This document shows, one piece after another, positions 1 through 8,081 of a stretch of 20,000 nucleotides of DNA (position 1 is its first letter; the number at the start of each line of letters is the position of its first letter). Origin of the DNA: an uncultured virus (IMG/VR IMGVR_UViG_3300042522_001545) (Duplodnaviria > Heunggongvirae > Uroviricota > Caudoviricetes); the IMG/VR virus record IMGVR_UViG_3300042522_001545, positions 57,362-77,361 of that record; one strand, given 5' to 3'. The position numbers and the translations under genes were made by a program. Below the pieces are notes generated by a model. It saw only the letters and a list, made by a program, of their open reading frames with translations. It did no database searches and was not told the DNA's origin.

Positions 1-2
1 GG

Positions 3-377
3 CAAGCTATCGCATATCAGACTGATATCAAACTCAGAGCAAAAACATTCAAGCCTTGGTTGCTGGGTACCGATAATACTCAAATAGGACAAGAGATAGA
101 ATGGCAAGTTATATGTTCAGCATTGGGACCACCCGGAGCAACAACAACCAGTTATATTAGATACGGTCAGGGTATTGATAAATGTACCGAAATTATCAAT
201 CTAGCTTCCGATGTTGGTATTATTCATAAGGGTGGTGCTTGGTATACTATTACCGTATTAGAGGATAAGCCTAAATTCCAAGGGTCAGAAAAGGTAAGAA
301 ACTATCTATTAGAAAATCCTACCGCTTATGCTACTGTTGAAAATGCTGTAAAAGAAGTATTAGGAATTAATAAATGA
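3..377 (+). CDS. recA: RecA/UvsX-like recombinase, C-terminal part (5' end outside window)
   Basis: Frame is open from base 3: QAIAYQTDIKLRAKT...IGQEIEWQVICSALGPPG...IRYGQGID...GIIHKGGAWY...KFQGSEKVRNYLLENP. This matches the RecA C-terminal pattern (NALKFYASVRL...ILYGEGIN...LIEKAGAWY...QG). The TTG start at 60 in the ORF track is internal. Confidence 0.88.
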   Translation, partial: QAIAYQTDIKLRAKTFKPWLLGTDNTQIGQEIEWQVICSALGPPGATTTSYIRYGQGIDKCTEIINLASDVGIIHKGGAWYTITVLEDKPKFQGSEKVRNYLLENPTAYATVENAVKEVLGINK

Positions 378-784
378 ATATAGTCGATTTGGATGGGAAT
401 TCTCATTCTTGGCACTTGACAGGTTACATTGCGAAGGGTAAAATGCAAAATAAGTCATCTTTTCATCTGGAAGCCAGAAAGATTCTGACTAAAAATTTTC
501 CAACCATGCAAATACTGGAGGAAGTTCCAGTACCATTGCGTAAATCGGAAACTTTGTATTTAGATTTTTATATTCCTCTATTAAAGATGTCGGTAGAAGT
601 GCATGGAGAGCAGCATTATAAGTTCATACCATTCTATCATAATTCTAGAATTTCTTTTCTCAAGTCTCAAAAAAGAGATCATGATAAACAAGAATGGTGT
701 GAAAAAAATGGAATCAAATATATAGTATTAGGATATATGGAATCTCCAGAAGTATGGGAACAAAGGATTACCAACAATGAATAG
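374..784 (+). CDS. Vsr/DUF559-like PD-(D/E)XK-fold endonuclease
   Basis: LYLDFYIP...VEVHGEQHY...KRDHDKQEWCEKNGIKYIVL motif series typical of Vsr-like nucleases; ATGA overlap with the recA stop. Confidence 0.75.
   Translation: MNIVDLDGNSHSWHLTGYIAKGKMQNKSSFHLEARKILTKNFPTMQILEEVPVPLRKSETLYLDFYIPLLKMSVEVHGEQHYKFIPFYHNSRISFLKSQKRDHDKQEWCEKNGIKYIVLGYMESPEVWEQRITNNE
416..444 (+). promoter_or_regulatory. Possible internal sigma70-type promoter
   Basis: TTGACA (416-421), 17-nt spacer, TAAAAT (439-444), inside the nuclease gene. Confidence 0.35.
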
Positions 785-1268
785 AAGTGCGAAAGAAGAT
801 TTACAACACTGGGATAAGGTGCTTGACGAATACGAAAAGAGTATTTCGCTGCCAGAGTATGCTCAATCATATGGTGTGTCAGAACAAGAAATGAACACAT
901 ATTTAACAATGTCTCGTGATGAAATTGAGAAGCTATCTCCAGAAGATTGTGCTCAAATATCCTACAGACTTGGACAGTTTGCTTTTCATGTTCAAAGAAC
1001 AATTAACAGAGAAATTGCCAGACAGAATTGGGCTGAAGAGTCTATTAAAGAGACAATAGCGGATGAAGTGAATAATTATAAAGGATATGGCTATATTGAA
1101 AAATCTTTACAAGCCATAAAGCATAATGATAAAGCACAGTCTTTGAGCAGTATTAAGAAGTATGCTAAGCAAAGAAGTGACAGACTATCTTATATAGCAA
1201 ATAGTTTAAAGAATTTATCTGATATCATGTTGTCCATTCAAAGAGCAAAGGTGAGTCATGGATCCTAA
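777..1268 (+). CDS. Helical/coiled-coil protein, possibly UvsY-like recombination mediator
   Basis: 163 aa, amphipathic helical pattern, two genes downstream of the recA/uvsX. The ORF is solid; the function is inferred from size and context only. Confidence 0.4.
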   Translation: MNRSAKEDLQHWDKVLDEYEKSISLPEYAQSYGVSEQEMNTYLTMSRDEIEKLSPEDCAQISYRLGQFAFHVQRTINREIARQNWAEESIKETIADEVNNYKGYGYIEKSLQAIKHNDKAQSLSSIKKYAKQRSDRLSYIANSLKNLSDIMLSIQRAKVSHGS

Positions 1269-1665
1269 AGAAGTGCTAAATAATCCAGAAAATGTTAAGT
1301 TGTTAATAAACCTACTACAAAGTCTATTGCCCAATGACCAAACTCCTGAACAAGAAGCAAAGACAGAAACCAAATCTTCAAAGTCTAAAATGAAGACAAA
1401 GAGTCGTCAAAGAGGCAGGACTCAAAATGATAGCGAAGAATCGGTAAATAAATTTGCTAAAATGCCAGAGTTTAGTATGCATAAAGAAGATAGTTCAATA
1501 GACAAAAAGCTATCAAAACATCCTCCGGTAGCAAGAATGAGAGAGTTTGAACCAGTACAAGTAACATGCAGAATTTGTGGTAAGACAGAGATTGTTAGTC
1601 CTGGTTTAATATTTGAGGGCGCCTCAAGATACAAATGTAATAACTGTTCAACTCAAGCAGGGTAA
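1258..1665 (+). CDS. Hypothetical protein with C-terminal zinc ribbon
   Basis: Basic low-complexity middle region; C-terminal CRIC-x(17)-CNNC; overlaps the upstream gene and ends 2 nt before the helicase start. Confidence 0.7.
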   Translation: MDPKEVLNNPENVKLLINLLQSLLPNDQTPEQEAKTETKSSKSKMKTKSRQRGRTQNDSEESVNKFAKMPEFSMHKEDSSIDKKLSKHPPVARMREFEPVQVTCRICGKTEIVSPGLIFEGASRYKCNNCSTQAG

Positions 1666-1667
1666 TT

Positions 1668-3143
1668 ATGATTTTATGTGATCCTTCCGCAGAAAGAGCG
1701 GTACTGAGCGGTATATTGAAGTATGGTGAAGATGCCTACTTGGATATTTGTGATATAATCCAAGAAGGCGCATTTACTATTGACAGCAATCAAATAATTT
1801 ATAAATGCATTAAGAATATCTGTGATAAAAATCCTCAGACTAAACTAGATCTAGCATCTATCTACTCGTCTGCCCAAGAGTTGGGACTATCAGACGTTTT
1901 ATCCAAAAAAGAGGAAGCGCAGCACTTAAAAGCTATATTCGATTTTCCAGTTAATCTAGAAAACGTTAGGAAGTTTGCTGCCAAAATCAAGAAGCTAGAA
2001 ATAGCCAGATTACTACATAAAGAACTAGAGAATGCTCAGGAACAACTATTAGATGTTACTGGGTCAGAGAATATATCTTCTATTATAGGTATAGCAGAAG
2101 AGTCTATCTTTAATTTCTCTTCTTCTTTGTCAACTGACGGTGATTCTTCTCCATCTTCTATAGGCAAAGACATTGATGATTATATTAAGTTTTTGCAAGA
2201 ACATAAAGTAGATCAAATTGGTATATCTACAGGATTTCCAGTTTATGACCAGTCTATTGGAGGGGGTTTGCGTCGTGGAACAGTTAATGTAATAGCGGCC
2301 AGACCAAAGGTGGGCAAGACATTACTATCAGACAATATGGGTTATTATATTGCTAGTAAGTTAAAAATACCAGTATTGAATATGGATACTGAAATGACTA
2401 GGGAAGACCACGTTCATCGTATTCTTGCTATGTCATCAGAACTAGAAATATCCAAAATAGAAACTGGTAAGTTTGCAGATACTCCAGGATCTATGTCTAA
2501 AATGCAAGCAGCTGTAGCTGAATTAAAAGCCAGTAGACTGTATCATCATAGTATTGCTGGCAAATCATTCGAAGAACAATTAGCATTAATGAGGAGGTGG
2601 ATAGTTAAAGAGGTTGGACTTAATGATGACGGCACAGCTAAAGAGTGCGTAATTTTTTATGACTATCTAAAGCTCATGGACTCTGCCGGTATCTCTCAAG
2701 ACATGAAAGAATATCAGGTTCTTGGCTTCATGATGACATCATTACATAACTTTGCCGTTAAATATAAGGTACCAATAGTAGCCTTTATACAATTAAACAG
2801 AGACGGTATTTCCAAGGAAAGTACAGATACCGCTAGCGGATCAGACAGAATCATTTGGCTCTGTAGCAATTTCACTATCTTTAAAAGAAAGTCAGATGAG
2901 GAGATTGCTGAAGATGGTCCAGATAATGGGAATCGTAAGTTAGTGCCATTAATTAGTCGTCACGGAGGAGGATTAGACGATAATGATTATATTAATTGTC
3001 ACATGAAGGGTTGGTGTGCCAAAATAGTAGAAGGTAAAACTCGTTTAGAATTAGTTAACAACGTTCAGACCAAAAAAGATGGATTTATAGTTAGTAACAA
3101 TGAATATAATGAAGAAGAAGCAGAAGAAATACCATTCGTATGA
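1668..3143 (+). CDS. dnaB: Replicative DnaB-family (SF4) DNA helicase
   Basis: N-terminal AERAVLSGIL; GISTGF..DQSIGGGL; Walker A AARPKVGKT; catalytic Glu in MDTEM; Walker B FYDYL; QLNR motif. Confidence 0.95.
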   Translation: MILCDPSAERAVLSGILKYGEDAYLDICDIIQEGAFTIDSNQIIYKCIKNICDKNPQTKLDLASIYSSAQELGLSDVLSKKEEAQHLKAIFDFPVNLENVRKFAAKIKKLEIARLLHKELENAQEQLLDVTGSENISSIIGIAEESIFNFSSSLSTDGDSSPSSIGKDIDDYIKFLQEHKVDQIGISTGFPVYDQSIGGGLRRGTVNVIAARPKVGKTLLSDNMGYYIASKLKIPVLNMDTEMTREDHVHRILAMSSELEISKIETGKFADTPGSMSKMQAAVAELKASRLYHHSIAGKSFEEQLALMRRWIVKEVGLNDDGTAKECVIFYDYLKLMDSAGISQDMKEYQVLGFMMTSLHNFAVKYKVPIVAFIQLNRDGISKESTDTASGSDRIIWLCSNFTIFKRKSDEEIAEDGPDNGNRKLVPLISRHGGGLDDNDYINCHMKGWCAKIVEGKTRLELVNNVQTKKDGFIVSNNEYNEEEAEEIPFV

Positions 3144-4269
3144 TCAGCATCAATTAAAGCATCTATCTGATGTGGTCTGTGATGATATAGAGAATTTACT
3201 CAGTCATCTCGGAATAACATCTTATAGAATGCTTGATAAAATGGTTATCATGAGTTGTCCAATCCACGGAGGAGATAACGACTCCGCGTTTAATCTGTAT
3301 CATCAAGGAGACTCTTATAGAGGTAACTGGAAATGCAGAACCCATCAATGTGAAGAAATTTTTAAGTCGTCTATTATTGGGTTTATTAGAGGTTGTTTGT
3401 CTCATGAAAAGGGATGGTCTAAATCAGGAGATCCAGTAGTATCTTTTGGTGAAGCTCTGGAGTTTGCTATTGATTTTAGTAAGTCTGATTTGGCCAATAT
3501 CAAGGTCTCAAAAAGAGCCAAAGAAAAATCTACTTTTATAAATGCCATAAAAAATATTCAATCAAATGATAGGCCAATAAATCTTGGTACTGTTCCCAGA
3601 TCATCTGTGGTTAAAGCTCTGTCTATTCCATCTCAATACTTTTTAAATAGGGGCTTCAGTGAGGACGTATTGCGCAAATATGACGTTGGAGACTGCTTAG
3701 ATCCTAACAAGGAAATGTGTGACAGGGCGGTGGTTCCTGTTTATGATGATAGTGGTCAAAATATGACAGGTTGTACTGGACGAACCTTCTATAATAAATG
3801 TATCAAATGTGGAGGATTCCATAAAACCGAATCAGATTGCCCATCTGACAATGAGGTATGGAAGTACTGTAAATGGAGACATAATAAAAACTTTAAAACA
3901 CAAGAGTATTTGTATAATTATTGGTTCGCTAAAGAGCATATCTCGTCTTCTCATACTGTGATTCTGGTAGAAAGTCCTGGAAATGTATGGAGACTAGAAG
4001 AAGCAGGAATACATAATTCTGTGGCAATCTTTGGAGCATCATTAAGTCACAAGCAAAAGATGTTATTAGATATTTCTGGAGCCATGAACATAGTAACAAT
4101 TATGGATAATGATAAGGCTGGCGAGGCTGCTGCTAAGAATATAGAAGAAAAATGTTGTAGAACATATAACATTAAACACATTAAGTTAACAGCAAACGAT
4201 ATTGCAGAAATGTCTACAAAAGATATTCATGAATATATTTTACCACAACTACAAGGATACTCTATATGA
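3100..4269 (+). CDS. dnaG: DnaG-type primase (CHC2 Zn finger + TOPRIM)
   Basis: CPIH...WKCRTHQC zinc-binding domain; YFLNRGF; RAVVPVYD..G...GR; LYNY; TOPRIM ILVESPGN...GA...MDNDKAG; ND. Start may be 3100 or 3109. Confidence 0.92.
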   Translation: MNIMKKKQKKYHSYDQHQLKHLSDVVCDDIENLLSHLGITSYRMLDKMVIMSCPIHGGDNDSAFNLYHQGDSYRGNWKCRTHQCEEIFKSSIIGFIRGCLSHEKGWSKSGDPVVSFGEALEFAIDFSKSDLANIKVSKRAKEKSTFINAIKNIQSNDRPINLGTVPRSSVVKALSIPSQYFLNRGFSEDVLRKYDVGDCLDPNKEMCDRAVVPVYDDSGQNMTGCTGRTFYNKCIKCGGFHKTESDCPSDNEVWKYCKWRHNKNFKTQEYLYNYWFAKEHISSSHTVILVESPGNVWRLEEAGIHNSVAIFGASLSHKQKMLLDISGAMNIVTIMDNDKAGEAAAKNIEEKCCRTYNIKHIKLTANDIAEMSTKDIHEYILPQLQGYSI

Positions 4270-4997
4270 TAGTGCTAGGTATATCTGGACGAAAACAATC
4301 CGGCAAAACAACAGCTGGTAACTTTATATTATCTCTGCATCTGTCTAAACTAGGCTTGGCAGAAAAGGTATTACTAGACGACGAAGGACAGATACTACTT
4401 TCTGATTTTGGCGGAAATAAAGAGTACGAAGGATTATTTCAACCACACATAATACCAAAGACAGATATTAATGCCCAAAGCTTATTGCAAAAACTATATA
4501 GTAAAATCAAAATATATAACTTTGCAGATGTTTTAAAACAAGACATTTGCATGAATATTCTAGGATTGGAATATAATCAATGTTATGGTAGTGATGATGA
4601 AAAAAATCAAACCACACATTTGCAATGGGAAAACAAGCAGCTGTCTGGCAGAGATGCTATGCAAATTATAGGAACGGACATATTTCGTAAATTAGATCCT
4701 GACGTTTGGGTAAAAGCAACCATCTCTAAAATAGTCAGAGAAAAACCAGATATTGCTATAATTACAGACTGTCGTTTTCCTAACGAGGTTGAGTCAATTC
4801 AAAATATTGGTGGCAAAGTATTAAGACTAACTAGAAATCCACATAATTCTGATCATCTTAGCGAATCCATATTAGATAAAGATAAATTTGACTGGTCTAA
4901 ATTTGATTACGTTATAGATAATGTTAATTCGTCAATATATGATCAGGTGTCTCAAATTAAAACATTACTAGAAAACCTCTTAGGACTCACTACATGA
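4266..4997 (+). CDS. Deoxynucleoside monophosphate kinase (phage dNMP kinase)
   Basis: P-loop GISGRKQSGKTT; FADVLK; RDAMQIIGTDIFR...WVK; ITDCRFPNE; H.SE motifs of the T4 gp1/T5-type dNMP kinases. Confidence 0.88.
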   Translation: MIVLGISGRKQSGKTTAGNFILSLHLSKLGLAEKVLLDDEGQILLSDFGGNKEYEGLFQPHIIPKTDINAQSLLQKLYSKIKIYNFADVLKQDICMNILGLEYNQCYGSDDEKNQTTHLQWENKQLSGRDAMQIIGTDIFRKLDPDVWVKATISKIVREKPDIAIITDCRFPNEVESIQNIGGKVLRLTRNPHNSDHLSESILDKDKFDWSKFDYVIDNVNSSIYDQVSQIKTLLENLLGLTT

Positions 4998-6034
4998 TAA
5001 TAACATACTTTAGAAGTTCTTCTTACAATACTCATAGTCTCTGTGAACAGCAATATTTTGCTGAATATGTACTAGGGTGGCGGGGTCCGTCTGGTCAAAA
5101 GGCAGATAAAGGAACAATAACTCATAAAGTTCTAGAAATTTTAGCAGTTATTAAAAAGGCACAACAAGACAATCTAGACACTGTAGAAGACGATGTCTTT
5201 GGTTTAATAAATGTACATAGCTATAATCTGGATGAAATTATTGATAAAGTCTACGATTATTATACTCAACAAACACAGCACCATAAATGGTCTCCCAAAG
5301 ACTTAAAAGATTGTCGGGCTTGGGTATATAAAGCAATCGAGTTTAACAATGGGATGTTTGATCCTAGAAATAGAAATGTTCTATGTCCAGAACAACACTT
5401 TGACTTTGAGATATCTAAACCATGGGCTAAATATTCGTATGATGTAGAAGATAAGAAGATTACTGGTAATTTAGCTCTTAAGGGACCTATTGACCTAATA
5501 ACTCTGGTTAATGATACCACCATAGAAATTATAGACTGGAAAACTGGTAGGAGACTTGACTGGGCTACAGGAGAAGAAAAGACTCAAGAAAAATTGGAAA
5601 GAGATCCTCAATTAAGAATATATCATTATGCTATTAAGCATTTATATCCTAAGATTAACCATATAATGTTCTCTATTTATTTTATTAATGATGGAGGTCC
5701 ATTTACTATATGTTTTAATGATTCTGACTTAGCAGAAACAGAGAACATGCTGAGGGCTAAGTACGAACTTATTAAAAATACTAAAAAACCCAGATTACAT
5801 AAAAGCTGGATGTGTAACAAATTATGTCATTTTGGCAAAACAACTTTTGACAATACTAATGTCACTCCTATAACAGAATATAGAGACGGTCAAACATGCT
5901 CTGTTGGCCAAACCATGACAAAGTGTGAACAGGTAAAACATGATCTTGATCTTTACGGAATCGACACTACAATGAACTTGTACAAGCACCCGAAACACTC
6001 TATTGGATTATACAAGGCCCCAGGAACAGTATGA
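4994..6034 (+). CDS. PD-(D/E)XK exonuclease, RecB/AddB/Cas4-like, probable Fe-S cysteines
   Basis: S.SS...C..QY; GTITHKVLE; E; GPIDL; IIDWKTG; QLRIY; C-terminal C-x3-C plus two further Cys. Confidence 0.85.
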   Translation: MIITYFRSSSYNTHSLCEQQYFAEYVLGWRGPSGQKADKGTITHKVLEILAVIKKAQQDNLDTVEDDVFGLINVHSYNLDEIIDKVYDYYTQQTQHHKWSPKDLKDCRAWVYKAIEFNNGMFDPRNRNVLCPEQHFDFEISKPWAKYSYDVEDKKITGNLALKGPIDLITLVNDTTIEIIDWKTGRRLDWATGEEKTQEKLERDPQLRIYHYAIKHLYPKINHIMFSIYFINDGGPFTICFNDSDLAETENMLRAKYELIKNTKKPRLHKSWMCNKLCHFGKTTFDNTNVTPITEYRDGQTCSVGQTMTKCEQVKHDLDLYGIDTTMNLYKHPKHSIGLYKAPGTV

Positions 6035-7899
6035 CTAAAACTTATGCCGCATTGCATACACACTCTCACTACAGCCTATTGGACGGTATCAGCAAGCCTC
6101 ATCAGATTGCTCAAAGATGTGCTAACACTGGGATTAAATCGTGTGCATTAACTGATCATGGTTCTATTTCTGGATGTGTTCAATTTTTCCAAGCTCTTAA
6201 AGCTCAAAATATAAAGCCAATACTAGGTTGTGAACTTTATATTTCCCATGAAGATTCTAACATCAAAACTAAAGAAAATAGCAAGCTTAGTCATTTTTTA
6301 GTATTGGCGAAGAATTTAAAGGGGTGGCGTAATTTAATCTCAATAGCTTCCGAAACCAATAAAGAAGAAAATTTTTATCATAAGCCAAGAATTAGTATGG
6401 ACAGACTAGCTAATTTTTTGGATGGGAATATTATAGGGTTCTGTGGTCATTTGGGATCTCTCTTGCCAGATCTATTAGAAAACCAGTCTGGAACAATGGA
6501 TAAGATAGGTATAGATTTTGTAGCTAAAATGAAAGAAATATTTGGTCAAGAGAACTTCTTTTTAGAAGCACAGCTTATGGACCAAGCACTCAATCCTGCA
6601 CAAAGAGACATAACAGATTTTGTTCGTTCTTTGGGCAGTAAAACAAAAACAAAAGTAATATGCACACCAGATGCTCATTATTGCACAAAAGAAGACGCCA
6701 TAGACCAAAGAATTCTACTATGTAACAATCTGAAGACTACTTTAGTAGATGTGAATAAAAAGCTATTAGCTAATCAAGATGTTCCATTGAGTTGTTTTTT
6801 TCAGTCAGATAATTATCACATACTATCTCCAGAAGAGATGAGTGATATTCATACAGAAGAAGAGATCGAAAACACTTTGTATGTAGACTCGCTATGTGAA
6901 GAATACAATATATTGAGCAAGCCATCCCTTCCAACGTTTGAATGTCCCAATAATGCTGATCCAGACGAATATCTTAGACAACTTTGTCGAGATGGCTGGA
7001 GAGAAAAGATTGCTGATAAAGTTCCAGAGTCTGAACACGAAACCTATGTTAATCGTATCAAGTTTGAATTAAAAGTTCTACAAGGTGCTGGATTATCTAG
7101 TTATTTTTTAATTATTCAAGATATTGTCAATTATGTTAAGTCCAATGGATGGCTACCAGGACCGGGTAGAGGTAGTGCTGCTGGATGTTTGGTATCATAT
7201 CTTGTCGGTATTACAGATATTAATCCTATTAAGTATGATTTGTTGTTTGAGAGATTTTATAACGAAGGAAGAAATACTGCAGATCATATATCCATGCCAG
7301 ATATTGATGTGGACGTACCAATTACCAAAAGACAATATGTCATAGACTATATTAAAGATAAATATGGAATAGAAAAAGTATCTCAAATGATAACTTTTAA
7401 TACTATGAAAGGTAGAGGAGCTTTAAAGGAAGTTTTAAGAGTTTATGGTAATATATCCTTTGATGAAATGAACAGAATTACTAAAAGTATTCCTGACGAA
7501 GCAAAAATTGCAGACGAATTGCAAGAAATGAAAGAAGATACTGGAGAAGCTTCTATCATACGTTGGGCTTTAGAAAATAATGTTGACAAACTCAAGGAAT
7601 GGTGCTATATATCTAATGACAACGTTCTGGAGGGACCACTGGCCAAAAGATTTGAGCAAGCAATCAGGCTGGAAGGAACCAAGTCAAATCAATCTAAACA
7701 TGCTGCTGGTGTAGTTATTAGTAGCAAAAAACTTAGTTCTGTATGTCCAATGGTATATGACACAAAGAATAAACAGGCCATAGCCGGTATGGAAATGCAG
7801 GATTTAGAAAGTCTTGGTTTAATTAAATTTGATATTCTGGGCGTTGCTATGTTGGATAAAATTATGACAATATCAGACATATTAAAATATGGAGAATAA
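6031..7899 (+). CDS. dnaE: DNA polymerase III alpha (DnaE), N-terminal piece: PHP + palm/thumb
   Basis: LHTHSHYSLLDG, TDHG, GCE, KPRI, DAHY (PHP); GPGRGSAAG, LLFERF, MPDIDVD, KHAAGVVI, GLIKFDILG. Ends about 16 aa after KFDILG at TAA 7897-7899. Confidence 0.95.
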   Translation: MTKTYAALHTHSHYSLLDGISKPHQIAQRCANTGIKSCALTDHGSISGCVQFFQALKAQNIKPILGCELYISHEDSNIKTKENSKLSHFLVLAKNLKGWRNLISIASETNKEENFYHKPRISMDRLANFLDGNIIGFCGHLGSLLPDLLENQSGTMDKIGIDFVAKMKEIFGQENFFLEAQLMDQALNPAQRDITDFVRSLGSKTKTKVICTPDAHYCTKEDAIDQRILLCNNLKTTLVDVNKKLLANQDVPLSCFFQSDNYHILSPEEMSDIHTEEEIENTLYVDSLCEEYNILSKPSLPTFECPNNADPDEYLRQLCRDGWREKIADKVPESEHETYVNRIKFELKVLQGAGLSSYFLIIQDIVNYVKSNGWLPGPGRGSAAGCLVSYLVGITDINPIKYDLLFERFYNEGRNTADHISMPDIDVDVPITKRQYVIDYIKDKYGIEKVSQMITFNTMKGRGALKEVLRVYGNISFDEMNRITKSIPDEAKIADELQEMKEDTGEASIIRWALENNVDKLKEWCYISNDNVLEGPLAKRFEQAIRLEGTKSNQSKHAAGVVISSKKLSSVCPMVYDTKNKQAIAGMEMQDLESLGLIKFDILGVAMLDKIMTISDILKYGE

Positions 7900-7901
7900 T
7901 C

Positions 7902-8081
7902 ATGGAAAAGAAATTTGAAGAATTAGTGCTCGGTGATAAATTCACTGTTAACAATGTTGAATACGTTAAGACAGAAGAAGTCAGAGTTAGTTGTTGCAGA
8001 TCTATCAACTGTCAAGTAGCAGCTGATAATAACCAGAAGGCATTTTTCCCAGGTTCAACAGTAGTAGTGGTAAATGGCTAA
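7902..8081 (+). CDS. Small 59-aa hypothetical protein (absent from the ORF track)
   Basis: ATG 7902 to TAA 8079-8081: MEKKFEELVLGDKFTVNNVEYVKTEEVRVSCCRSINCQVAADNNQKAFFPGSTVVVVNG. GGAG Shine-Dalgarno at 7891-7894; fills the gap exactly and overlaps the exonuclease start by 8 nt. Confidence 0.8.
   Translation: MEKKFEELVLGDKFTVNNVEYVKTEEVRVSCCRSINCQVAADNNQKAFFPGSTVVVVNG

Noticed and set aside
4994..6034. CRISPR-Cas system suggested by the Cas4-like gene
   Set aside because: No repeat-spacer array or other cas genes are visible; the context is replication.
7897..8076. Stop-codon read-through fusing dnaE-N to the in-frame exonuclease
   Set aside because: The two share a frame, but the TAA is followed eight codons later by an in-frame TAG, and the gap holds its own ORF in another frame.
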